A DNA stretch of 64,000 nt. It comes from Terriglobia bacterium. Its GTDB lineage: Bacteria > Acidobacteriota > Terriglobia > Bryobacterales > Bryobacteraceae. Shown in pieces: positions 38,114 through 46,673 of the stretch; the stretch's first letter is position 1, and each line of letters starts with the position of its first letter. The translations under genes were made by a program, and so were the position numbers. The stretch spans positions 161,022-225,021 of the forward strand of contig CAWHSB010000004.1 of the NCBI GenBank assembly GCA_963831795.1. The letters run 5' to 3'. A model generated the notes under the pieces. It made no database searches. It saw only the letters and a list, made by a program, of their open reading frames with translations, and was not told the origin of the DNA.

Positions 38114-39377
38114 GTCATCGCTTCCAAAAATACACACACGTATTGTTTGGTTGAAAAATGCGTTAACGTATGGCATCTTGAGCGGGGGTATTCATATTGC
38201 CACGCTCAAGCCCATACTCTATAGAATTATCTGCGCAAGAAGAGCGCGAGCTGCTCCGGCGGGCCGCGAAATATACGTTACCGTATTTTGAGGTCATGCG
38301 CGCCAGAATGGTGCTTCTCGCTGCCGATGGACTGTCCAATGATCAGATCGCCTCCCGCCTTGACACTCGTCGCGAAGTCGTTAGCATGTGGCGTAAACGC
38401 TTCTTCGAGGAGCGCCTGGCCGGACTGGACGAGCGTTCCCGCCCGGGTCGTCCCCGGGTTTTTCCCCCCAGAACTGGTCGTTCAGATTAAGGCGCTGGCT
38501 TGCGAGTTGCCGGCCACTCATGGCGTTCCCCTCTCCCACTGGAATACCCCAGACATAGCTCGTCAGGTCTGTAATGCCGGTTTGGTCGCCACTATCTCGG
38601 GAAGCACCATTTGGCGATGGCTCCATGAAGACGCCATCCGCCCCTGGTACCACCGCAGCTGGATCTTCCCCCGAGACCCCGCCTTCGCCGTCAAGGCTAA
38701 CCGGATCCTGGACCTGTATGAGCGCTCCTGGAATGGTAAACCCCTCAAAAACGATGAATTTGTCATCTCAGCCGATGAGAAAACCAGCATCCAGGCTCGC
38801 CGGCGCAAGCATGAGACTTTGCCCGCCGCGCCCAAGCGTCCGATGCGCGTTGAACATGAATATGGTCGTTGCGGAGCCTGGGCCTATATCGCAGCTCTCG
38901 ACGTTCATCGTGCTCGCATCTTTGGCCGCTGCGAAACCACCACTGGCATCGCACCCTTCCATCGCCTGGTTGAGCAAGTCATGACTCGCCCTCCCTATAA
39001 CGACGCCCGCCGTGTCTTTTGGATCGTCGACAATGGGAGTTCGCATCGCGGTAAGGCTTCCGTCGCCAGACTCAAGCAGCAGTTCCCGCGCCTGACCCTC
39101 GTTCATGGGCCGGTCCACGCCAGTTGGCTCAATCAGGTCGAGATCTACTTCTCCATTGTGCAGCGAAAGGTCCTCACCCCGAACGACTTCACCGGCCTCG
39201 ACCAACTCGCCGAACGCCTGCTCGACTTCCAATACTACTGGGAGGCAACCGCAAAACCCTTCGAATGGAAGTTCACCAAAGCCGATCTTGCGGCCCTCCT
39301 CACCAAGCTTTCGGCCCACGAAAACGTGCCGGCTTGACCGGTCAACAATACGTTAGTGAACTTCTGAACTGGAGTAC
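38113..39377 (+). mobile_element. IS630-family insertion sequence (~1.27 kb)
   Basis: It carries a DDE transposase gene. Imperfect terminal inverted repeats share the core ACGTATTGTT/AACAATACGT (38139.. and 39344..). TA dinucleotides flank both ends (38111-12, 39378-79). Boundaries are good to a few bp. Confidence 0.8.
38197..39337 (+). CDS. IS630-family DDE transposase, two overlapping frames (orfA HTH 38197..38490; orfB 38288..39337)
   Basis: The orfA HTH part is ..DGLSNDQIASRLDTRREVVSMWRKRF..RPGRPRVFPP. Continuity into ..ELVVQIKALACE.. requires a +1 shift in the run GGG-TTTTT-CCCCCC (38456..38469). The DDE triad context is SADEKTSIQ, IVDNGSSH and SWLNQVEIYFS. Confidence 0.85.
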
Positions 39378-39449
39378 TAAGGATAAATTGATTTCTGGAT
39401 TTCCGACCAATACTGCCCTGTTTGTCGTGTACACTAATCAGCACCCGGA

Positions 39450-40385
39450 ATGCCGCCGATCGTCTTTTTGGCCAGCAGCATCAAAAACAGAGCCCTCGTG
39501 GATGCTGTCGCCCGACAGTTGAATCATTGCGCGACTCCACGCGTGTGGATGGATGACCAGGCGGCGATTGGATCCTATATTCTCGACTGGGTTGCAGCTC
39601 GGGCACGCGAGAGTGATTTTGGTGTCTTTATCTTTGCGCCCGATGAGCGTTGGGGCAATCAGGTCAACGGCAACGTACTTCTGGAAGTCGGAGTATTTGT
39701 TGCTTGCCTGGGACTCGATCGATGCCTGATTATGACTGCCAGGGGAATGGAGTTGCCATCGGATCTTAAAGGCATATTGACGGCCGAGTACGATCCTGCC
39801 GCGTTCGCTTCACAGGGCGACGGCGCTCTCGATTCGGCAATCGCGGCAATAGCAGACGCAATCGCCACACGCCGCAGCCTCTCACAATTGATTTGCGGTC
39901 TGTGGATGGAAGAGAAGGATCGTTTTCGGTCCGAAGGGTCCTTGTCTCTCGTCGAGTTCTACATACTAAGAGGAGAATTAAAAGTGCGTGGCCGCTCGTA
40001 CGATAGTCGGGGAGAGGAAACTCTGATGTGGCCGGACACGGTTGATTACTCTCATGTGAGGGAAGAACGCCGCGAGGTGTGGCATACTTTCGACGCCCGG
40101 TTCGGGCGGTTCGGACGGAACGTCGCGGTCGGCGTCACATGCTTCTCTTTCGATAGCAATTATAAGACGGGTTCGGGGCATTTCGTCGTTTCGGGAGAGG
40201 GTCGGATTCAACAGGGGCTTATCGCGTTTACGCTTCGGCGGATTACCCCGGCCACCGCAACGGGAGCTGCGGGCGAAAGTGAAGAACTCTCAATCGATAA
40301 CAAGGAAGGTTGCAGGAGTTTTATCCAGGAATTTCTCGCGAGGCGCTTTGATTCGCGGGATCAGCCGAAGCCAATTTCTTCCTGA
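39450..40385 (+). CDS. TIR-like (PF10137 / Cap12-PycTIR-type) domain protein with uncharacterised C-terminal domain
   Basis: 311 aa. Residues 1-115 (IVFLASS..DFGVFIFAPDE..NVLLEVGVFVACLGLDRCLIMTARGMELPSDLKGILTAEYD) match the recalled PF10137 consensus (..dfavvLltpDD..NVvfElGyfvgaLGrerv..elPSDlsGv..). I could not assign the beta-rich residues ~135-311 to any family. G+C is visibly lower than in the neighbours. Confidence 0.7.
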   Translation: MPPIVFLASSIKNRALVDAVARQLNHCATPRVWMDDQAAIGSYILDWVAARARESDFGVFIFAPDERWGNQVNGNVLLEVGVFVACLGLDRCLIMTARGMELPSDLKGILTAEYDPAAFASQGDGALDSAIAAIADAIATRRSLSQLICGLWMEEKDRFRSEGSLSLVEFYILRGELKVRGRSYDSRGEETLMWPDTVDYSHVREERREVWHTFDARFGRFGRNVAVGVTCFSFDSNYKTGSGHFVVSGEGRIQQGLIAFTLRRITPATATGAAGESEELSIDNKEGCRSFIQEFLARRFDSRDQPKPISS

Positions 40386-40559
40386 ATCACGACTAATGCG
40401 CCACAGTTCGCCGGGCATACATTTAATTTCACATATAGGAATTACCCCCGGCAGGTTCAGAGATAACTAAAACACGTCTCTGGAGTCGGAATTGATGGTA
40501 TATTTCATCTGATCGCGAATAACCCCAGCGCAACCTTAGCCTAAAGGGAGTACCAGCAA

Positions 40560-41963
40560 GTGAAACTCAGGCCGGTAACCCGCGTATCTTTTCTGCTGTA
40601 CATGATGGCGGCTTCGCTGTCGGCGCAGACCATTCTAAACTTCAATGGCGCCAATGGATCGAACCCGCAATCAGCGCCCATTCAGGCCGCGGACGGAGCG
40701 CTTTATGGCGTAACGGCAAACGGAGGCGCCCACGGAGGGGGAACAATTTTCAGAATTGCGGGCGGCACGCTGACGACGATTTACAGTTTTTGCTCAAAAT
40801 CCGAATGTCAAGACGGCGCCACGCCGGTTGGCGGGCTTCTCCAGGCGGCCGACGGTGGCATCTGGGGGTCAACACGGGGTTTGGAGAGTTCCCCGTCCAG
40901 CTTTCCCTCTACCCTATTTGTCGTCACACCTTCGGGCAGGTTCCGGCAGGACGGGATTCTGACTCAGGACAACTACGGCATCGTAGTCACAGCAAGCCCC
41001 ATACAGACCGCTAATGGAAACATTTACTGGATAGGCGCACTTGGAGGGCCACACAATGCGGGGACAATTTTCAATCTTACAGAAGGAGGCGCTTCTCCGG
41101 TTCATCTCGGCTTTTGTGCGCGGATCGGTTGCCCGAGCGGCGCGGAACCGGCAGGCGGCCTGGTCGAAGGACCGGGGGACAATGTTTACGGCGCGACCTA
41201 TCGCGGCGGGTCCCCGGAATCCACAGGCGACGGCGGTACTGGCTTCGGCACGATCTTCCGTGTCAGTCCCGACAGTAAGCTGACGACGATCTACACCTTT
41301 TGCCCTCAAGCCGGCTGCGCGGACGGCTGGGGACCTGTGGGAACCCTCGTCCGGGCGGCGAACGGGGACCTTTACGGGTTAACCCAGCTCGGCGGAACCG
41401 GGAATGGCACGGTCTTCAAAATCACGCCCGCCGGCGCACTCACGACGCTGCACAGTTTCGCGGGTCCGGACGGCGCGTCACCTAACGCGCTGATTCAAGG
41501 CTCGGATGGGAACTTTTACGGCACTACAAAGTCCGGCGGAAGCGGCTCTTTGGGTACGGTCTTCAAGATCACTCCGGACGGCACGCTGACAACGTTATTC
41601 AATGCAAACGCAAGTGTCGGGTCTCCCACCGGACTGGGGCAGTATACCGACGGTAAATTCATTGTGTCCGGGGCTGGCGGCGGGACTCACGGCGCCGGCA
41701 CGATCTTCGTTCTGGATGAGGGTCTCGGTCCGTTCGTGAAAGCGCAGCAAGCCTTTGGCGGCGCGGGCGCGGCCGTCACAATACTGGGCACGGGTCTTAC
41801 TGGCGCCACCAGTGTTACGTTTAACGGCACAGCGACCGTCTTCGACGTGGTTTCGGATTTCGAAATCACGACGACAGTGCCCGTCGGCGCAGGCAGCGGA
41901 ACCGTCCAGGTGGTCACCCCAGGCGGAACGCTTTCGAGCAACGCGCCGTTCACGGTGCAGTAG
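40560..41963 (+). CDS. Secreted GloVer tandem-repeat (choice-of-anchor) protein with C-terminal IPT/TIG-like domain
   Basis: 467 aa with a GTG start after AGGGAG and a signal peptide. It has ~8 repeats of the form G..YG.T..GG..G.GTIF+I.P.G.LTT+++F. The C-terminus GAAVTILGTGLTGATSVTFNGTA..VQVVTPGGTLSSNAPFTV is IPT/TIG-like. Confidence 0.75.
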   Translation: MKLRPVTRVSFLLYMMAASLSAQTILNFNGANGSNPQSAPIQAADGALYGVTANGGAHGGGTIFRIAGGTLTTIYSFCSKSECQDGATPVGGLLQAADGGIWGSTRGLESSPSSFPSTLFVVTPSGRFRQDGILTQDNYGIVVTASPIQTANGNIYWIGALGGPHNAGTIFNLTEGGASPVHLGFCARIGCPSGAEPAGGLVEGPGDNVYGATYRGGSPESTGDGGTGFGTIFRVSPDSKLTTIYTFCPQAGCADGWGPVGTLVRAANGDLYGLTQLGGTGNGTVFKITPAGALTTLHSFAGPDGASPNALIQGSDGNFYGTTKSGGSGSLGTVFKITPDGTLTTLFNANASVGSPTGLGQYTDGKFIVSGAGGGTHGAGTIFVLDEGLGPFVKAQQAFGGAGAAVTILGTGLTGATSVTFNGTATVFDVVSDFEITTTVPVGAGSGTVQVVTPGGTLSSNAPFTVQ

Positions 41964-42056
41964 GCCTTTCGTAATTCCACGCTGACTCGGCCCTCGCAGC
42001 GCCAGATTCGCAAGAAAGATCAAGCAGGCATCCGTTCGTTGGATTAGGCTGCTCTT

Positions 42057-42458
42057 ATGGTTCGCAGCGTGTTGGCCGTTCTCGCGGGAATTGCGGTCCT
42101 TACGGCGTCATCCTTCGCAATAGAGGCGGCACTCGATCCTCTGTTACTCAGAATATTTCCCCAGGCCTTCCCCGGGCCGGCGGCGCTTTCGACGAATCGG
42201 TGGGTCAGGACACTCACTTTCTCGTATGGCCTTGCTTGCGTGGCCGCGGGCGGATATGTCGCGGCTCGTGTCGGACGGCGCATGCCGATGAGGCATGCCG
42301 CTACGATGGGAATGATTCAAGCGGGGCTTACGATTATGGCGATGCTGTCGCCGGAAGGAAACCACGCGTCACGACGCCAGTGGATCGCGATTGCCATCCT
42401 GAGCGTGCCGGCGGCGCTGGCAGGAGGAACTCTCTACAAGCGCAGGGCAACTTCATGA
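42057..42458 (+). CDS. Hypothetical 4-TM membrane protein
   Basis: 133-aa ORF with four hydrophobic helices. Its stop overlaps the ATG of the AraC gene. Confidence 0.4.
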   Translation: MVRSVLAVLAGIAVLTASSFAIEAALDPLLLRIFPQAFPGPAALSTNRWVRTLTFSYGLACVAAGGYVAARVGRRMPMRHAATMGMIQAGLTIMAMLSPEGNHASRRQWIAIAILSVPAALAGGTLYKRRATS

Positions 42459-43384
42459 AGGATTGGGCACGGCTCCAGCGAGCCCTCAGGCATGCCGCCG
42501 AAAACACCGGCAGAAACGTGACCCTGGCTGACCTGGCGGCCGAGACAAATCAATCCTCATTCCACGCTCATCGCCAGCTTCACGCGGTTTTGGGAGAGAC
42601 CCCGAAGCAGTTCACTTTGCGTTTGCGTCTGGACCGGGCCGCCGGCGCCCTGGTTAGTTCCCGGTGCTCAATTCTGGACATCGCGCTGGCGTGCGGATTC
42701 CAGAGCCACGAGGCGTTCTGCCGCGCCTTTCGGCGGCGTTTTCGGACGAGTCCGAGCGCCTGGCGGAAGCTTCACTTTGCGGGATCCGACGCTCTGGCTC
42801 ATCAGGGGCTGGTGAATGAAATCGGTCCCTGCGTAGGGTTGTATCACGTCGACATCAGAGAAAGGCATTCCCAAAAGAACATGGAATACGCAATTTCGAA
42901 GAAGGAAGTCCCCGCGCAGCCGGTCCTCGTGGTCAGGCGGCGGGTGCGGCGCGCTGAGATCGCAGCCACGATTACCGCGGAGCTGCCCAAAGTCTTCCTC
43001 CATGCGCAACAGCGAGGGTTCGCCATAGCGGGATACCCGATTACCCGGTACCTGGAAACAAGCGTCGGCCATGTGACTTTGGAGACCGGTATGCGGGTGA
43101 CGGCTCACGATGGTCAGTGGACTGCTACCGAGGGTGGAGGCGACGTTTTGGCCGAAATACTGCCTGGCGGCCTTACTGCGGTAACCGTCCATTCCGGACC
43201 GTATGACCAACTGCAAGACGCCTGGGCCGCTCTCGAGGAATGGATCGCCGCGAACGGATTCCGGCAACGTGGAGCGCCGTGGGAAGCGTACTTGAACGAT
43301 CCGGGGGATTATGCCGATCCGCGGGATTGGAAAACGGAGGTTTGTTGGCCTATCCAGAAGGAGCAAGGGGTAAGTGTAGGATAG
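42455..43384 (+). CDS. AraC-family transcriptional regulator with GyrI-like effector-binding domain
   Basis: The start is set at MKDWARLQ (ATG 42455). The HTH_18 region is ..LADLAAETNQSSFHAHRQL.. and ..ILDIALACGFQSHEAFCRAFRRRFRTSPSAWR. The C-terminal ~150 aa are GyrI-like (..PGGLTAVTVHSGPYDQLQDAWAALEEWI..). Confidence 0.8.
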   Translation: MKDWARLQRALRHAAENTGRNVTLADLAAETNQSSFHAHRQLHAVLGETPKQFTLRLRLDRAAGALVSSRCSILDIALACGFQSHEAFCRAFRRRFRTSPSAWRKLHFAGSDALAHQGLVNEIGPCVGLYHVDIRERHSQKNMEYAISKKEVPAQPVLVVRRRVRRAEIAATITAELPKVFLHAQQRGFAIAGYPITRYLETSVGHVTLETGMRVTAHDGQWTATEGGGDVLAEILPGGLTAVTVHSGPYDQLQDAWAALEEWIAANGFRQRGAPWEAYLNDPGDYADPRDWKTEVCWPIQKEQGVSVG

Positions 43385-44523
43385 ATTACATTAACCCTTC
43401 TATTCATCCCAACCGACAGTATCTGCCGGCGCTGACCGGATTTCGCTTTGTGCTCGCGATCTGGGTGATGATGCATCACCTGACCGGCAAGGGCATGCTG
43501 CTGGCCGCGTGGTCCGAAACGCTACCTGAGTTCCTCCAGAGCCTGCTTCATGGCGGCTATCTGGCGGTGCAGACATTTTTTCTCCTTTCCGGATTTGTAC
43601 TGGCGCGAAGCTACGCTTCGACGCGGTGGAATCGGGAGAGTCTGATGCGGTTTGCGGCCGCCCGGTTCGCGCGAATCTATCCCGCTTATCTTCTGAGCCT
43701 GGTCGTCATCTCCTGGTTTGCGCTCCTGTTCCTTCTTAAACCGGGCCGGAGCGCGCTGCAGAAGGCCGGCGTTCTGAGCGATTATGCGTTTGTTCTGCAA
43801 GGCTGGAAGGGGTCGCTGGGAGTTGGGTGGAATACGCCCGCGTGGTCTCTTTCCTGCGAATTTTTCTTTTATCTGTGCTTCCCGTTGCTGTTCCTGTGGT
43901 TGCGGCGCGGCGGGATGGTGAGAATATCGGCGGCGCTCGGGATTTCGTTTGTGGTTCCGATGCTTTTGGCGCGTACGAGCATGCCGCCTTACTGGAAACC
44001 CATCCATCATCTCTCCGATTTCGTGGCTGGGATCGCGGCGGCGGGCCTTTACGGTGTGATCGTGCGGACGAGCGCTGGGAAATGGTGGGGTGCGTGGCTC
44101 TATCTGCCGGCGCTCGCCGCGGCGGCTGCGTTCATTGTGTATCCGCAGGTTCTGAGCGGCACGCCCATGAACCTCAATACCGTGCTGCGCCCGCTTAACG
44201 TGGCGATTCTGGTGGGCCTGGCGCTGGGAGGTGGCTTTGTTGCACGCGTTCTCTCAGGGGATATCGCGGGGTATCTCGGGAAGGTAAGCTACTCGATGTA
44301 TATCCTGCATATCCCGCTGCTTTGGTGGTATTCGGCGCTGACGTTCCATTTCTTCGGGTCGGTTCCTCCGGCATGGACAGGGTTCTTGTATATGGCGCTC
44401 GTGATGGGAGCGTCAGTCGCCGTCTTCGAGTTCGTCGAAGATCCGGCCAACCTCTGGATTCGGAATTGGGCGGCAGCGCGAATCCGGTCCGCACAGCCCG
44501 TGACGATGCGCGTCGCGGCGTAG
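43345..44523 (+). CDS. Acyltransferase family 3 membrane protein
   Basis: YLPALTGFRFVLAIWVMMHH.. is the hallmark N-terminus of acyltransferase_3, and there are ~10 TM helices. The start codon is uncertain: TTG candidates lie at 43342/43345, and the ORF-track start 43240 overlaps the AraC gene. Confidence 0.75.
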   Translation: MAYPEGARGKCRIDYINPSIHPNRQYLPALTGFRFVLAIWVMMHHLTGKGMLLAAWSETLPEFLQSLLHGGYLAVQTFFLLSGFVLARSYASTRWNRESLMRFAAARFARIYPAYLLSLVVISWFALLFLLKPGRSALQKAGVLSDYAFVLQGWKGSLGVGWNTPAWSLSCEFFFYLCFPLLFLWLRRGGMVRISAALGISFVVPMLLARTSMPPYWKPIHHLSDFVAGIAAAGLYGVIVRTSAGKWWGAWLYLPALAAAAAFIVYPQVLSGTPMNLNTVLRPLNVAILVGLALGGGFVARVLSGDIAGYLGKVSYSMYILHIPLLWWYSALTFHFFGSVPPAWTGFLYMALVMGASVAVFEFVEDPANLWIRNWAAARIRSAQPVTMRVAA

Positions 44524-44602
44524 CGGGCTACGAAAAAAACACGCAAAGACGTTTGCTTGCGCGTGCGGCCAGAACAGTTCTTGCCTGTTATCAATGCTTT
44601 AC

Positions 44603-44716
44603 GAGCCGCGACCGGAAGGGAGTCTCCATGGCCCGCGGCGGGCCGCCAAAGCCGATGAAGACGCGAAATGGCGTTTACGTAGAATCAATAATTTGGACCG
44701 CGTCTTCGACAGAGCG
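44603..44716. repeat. REP-like dispersed repeat, copy 2
   Basis: gagccgcgaccggaagggagtctccatggcccgcggcgggccgccaaagccgatgaagacgcg...accgcgtcttcgacagagcg has the same modules as 19549..19742. Confidence 0.75.
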
Positions 44717-45089
44717 TCATCGGTGGGATTGAGACTCAAATCGGGCCAGGCTCTTTTCGGAGCAGATCGTAGTTCATCGGATGGGGAAGCCGTCAGGCGG
44801 CGGTTCGACGATCCCTCACTCGCGCAGGGCGAACGTGAATAGCGCCGATCCCACCTGAATGCTGACATCCTGCTCGCCCGCCGCTGGATCGGTTTTTCGC
44901 CAAACATCCCGATAAGAGCCGTGTGCGTTAGCAGCGCTCGCACGGATCTGTGCGGGGGGTGCCGGGTAACCGGCATCCCTACCGCGACCGCCGGCCCCCC
45001 GGTCCGGCTCCACGAACCGGAGACCGCCCTACCTACAGCCGTTTATCGAATCTCGATTTTGGAGATCACACGTAAGGGACAATTAAAGC

Positions 45090-46595
45090 GTGATCGAACG
45101 GGCAGCCGCCACGATAAAGCACTATCGCATGACAGCGGCGGGAGGCCGGATCGGCGTGGCGGTGTCCGGCGGTGCCGACTCCGTATTTCTGCTGCATGCA
45201 CTGCGAAAGCTTGGTCTGGCCGCAATAGTTCTGCATATCAATCATGGATTGCGCGGTCCGGAATCCGATGCCGACGAAGCCTTCGTTCGCGACCTGGCCG
45301 GCCGTTTCGAACTTCCTGTGCGCGTTTTCGCCGCCCCGGGCGCAGCCGGCAACCTCGAGCAGGAAGCTCGGCATTTTCGCTACGACTTTTTCTCGCGGCA
45401 GATCGCCGACGGGGTATGCGACGCAGTGGCCACTGGTCACACGCTCGATGACCAGGCCGAGACTGTCCTTTACCGCTTCGTCAGGGGTGCGGGAACCGCT
45501 GGCCTCAGCGGAATTCTCCCGGTCACGCCCGCCGGCGCCATCCGGCCGCTTCTCGATTTGCGACGGGATGACATCCGCGCCTGGCTCCGCGAACGTAACA
45601 TTCCATGGCGCGAAGATCACTCCAATACAAGCGCGGAATTCGCCCGCAACAGAATCCGGCTCCAGCATATGCCCGAGCTCGCCGCCAGCTTGAATCCATC
45701 GCTTCCGGAGATCCTCGCCTCGACCGCCTCGTGGGCGCGGGATGAGGAAGAATATTGGTCGGACGAAATGGATCGCCTGGAATCGCAGCATTTCATTTCC
45801 CGGCCCGAAACAATTCTGATAAATACGAGGCCATTTCTCGAAATTCCGGTTGCGGTCCAGCGGCGGCTGCTTCGACGGGGAATCCTTCGCGTTCGCGGCT
45901 CACTGCGGGCGATCGATTTCAGGCATGTGGAGGCCATCCGGGCACTCATGGCGACGCGGGAGGGAAGCGGCCGAATGCAGCTTCCGGATCTCGATATCTA
46001 CCGCTCGTTCGATTGGCTGCGCCTGGCGCCGGTGGGGTTCGACTCCCGGCTGGGTCGGGATTTCGAGGCGCCCCTCGATGTACCGGGACGTACCGCGCTG
46101 CCGGAACGCAGGATTGTCATTGAGATGGAACTGGTTAGCAGTGCGGACGTATATAATGATAGCGTGCAGGGTCTGGACTGGGATCGGTGTACCGGTTCGC
46201 TGCCGTCCTGGGAATTGAGGCTGCGAAACTGGAGGCCGGGCGACCAGTACCAAGGTAGAGGCCGGTCCGCGGCAGATAAGATCAAGACACTGTTTCAGGA
46301 ATTCCGAGTGCCCCTGTGGGACCGGCGGACTTGGCCGGTGATTACCCAGGCGGCGGCTGGTCTGAATCAGCCCGATACGATCCTGTGGACGCGGAGATTT
46401 GGCGTGGCGAGCGAGTTTGCCGCCGGGCCGGACAGCCGGAAGATTCTGATGATCAACGAGCTGGTAATTGATGAGATCACGGAATCAAACCCGGTGTCCC
46501 TGACGTCCAAACGGGTGTATGCGCCGCTGAATATGCCCCATGAAAGACCGGAGCCCCGTGAAAGACCAGGGGCCCACGAAAGACCAGGGGAATGA
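45090..46595 (+). CDS. tilS: tRNA(Ile)-lysidine synthetase
   Basis: 501 aa with a GTG start and PP-loop GVAVSGGADSVFLLH. The TilS substrate-binding and C-terminal domains are present, and the tail is a repetitive HERPEPRERPGAHERPGE. Confidence 0.88.
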   Translation: MIERAAATIKHYRMTAAGGRIGVAVSGGADSVFLLHALRKLGLAAIVLHINHGLRGPESDADEAFVRDLAGRFELPVRVFAAPGAAGNLEQEARHFRYDFFSRQIADGVCDAVATGHTLDDQAETVLYRFVRGAGTAGLSGILPVTPAGAIRPLLDLRRDDIRAWLRERNIPWREDHSNTSAEFARNRIRLQHMPELAASLNPSLPEILASTASWARDEEEYWSDEMDRLESQHFISRPETILINTRPFLEIPVAVQRRLLRRGILRVRGSLRAIDFRHVEAIRALMATREGSGRMQLPDLDIYRSFDWLRLAPVGFDSRLGRDFEAPLDVPGRTALPERRIVIEMELVSSADVYNDSVQGLDWDRCTGSLPSWELRLRNWRPGDQYQGRGRSAADKIKTLFQEFRVPLWDRRTWPVITQAAAGLNQPDTILWTRRFGVASEFAAGPDSRKILMINELVIDEITESNPVSLTSKRVYAPLNMPHERPEPRERPGAHERPGE

Positions 46596-46673
46596 GAGAC
46601 CCGAGGATAGAAACGTGAAGCGCGCTCGTGGCAGCCAGTTCCGGCAGTCGCCTGAGCCGGGCGCGGAGGTATT

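Noticed and set aside
44717-45089. A ~370-nt GC-rich non-coding stretch upstream of tilS with RNase P-like strings (GGTGCCGGGTAACCGGC, GGTCCGGCTCCAC) and a tmRNA-like ..GCTCCACGA.
   Set aside because: The RNase P-like motifs occur in the wrong order and the other conserved regions (GGAAAGTCCGG.., ACAGAA.CCGGCTTA) are missing. There is no T-arm (GGTTCGA.TCC) for a tmRNA or tRNA. I cannot support any RNA gene call here. A covariance-model scan (Rfam) would settle it.
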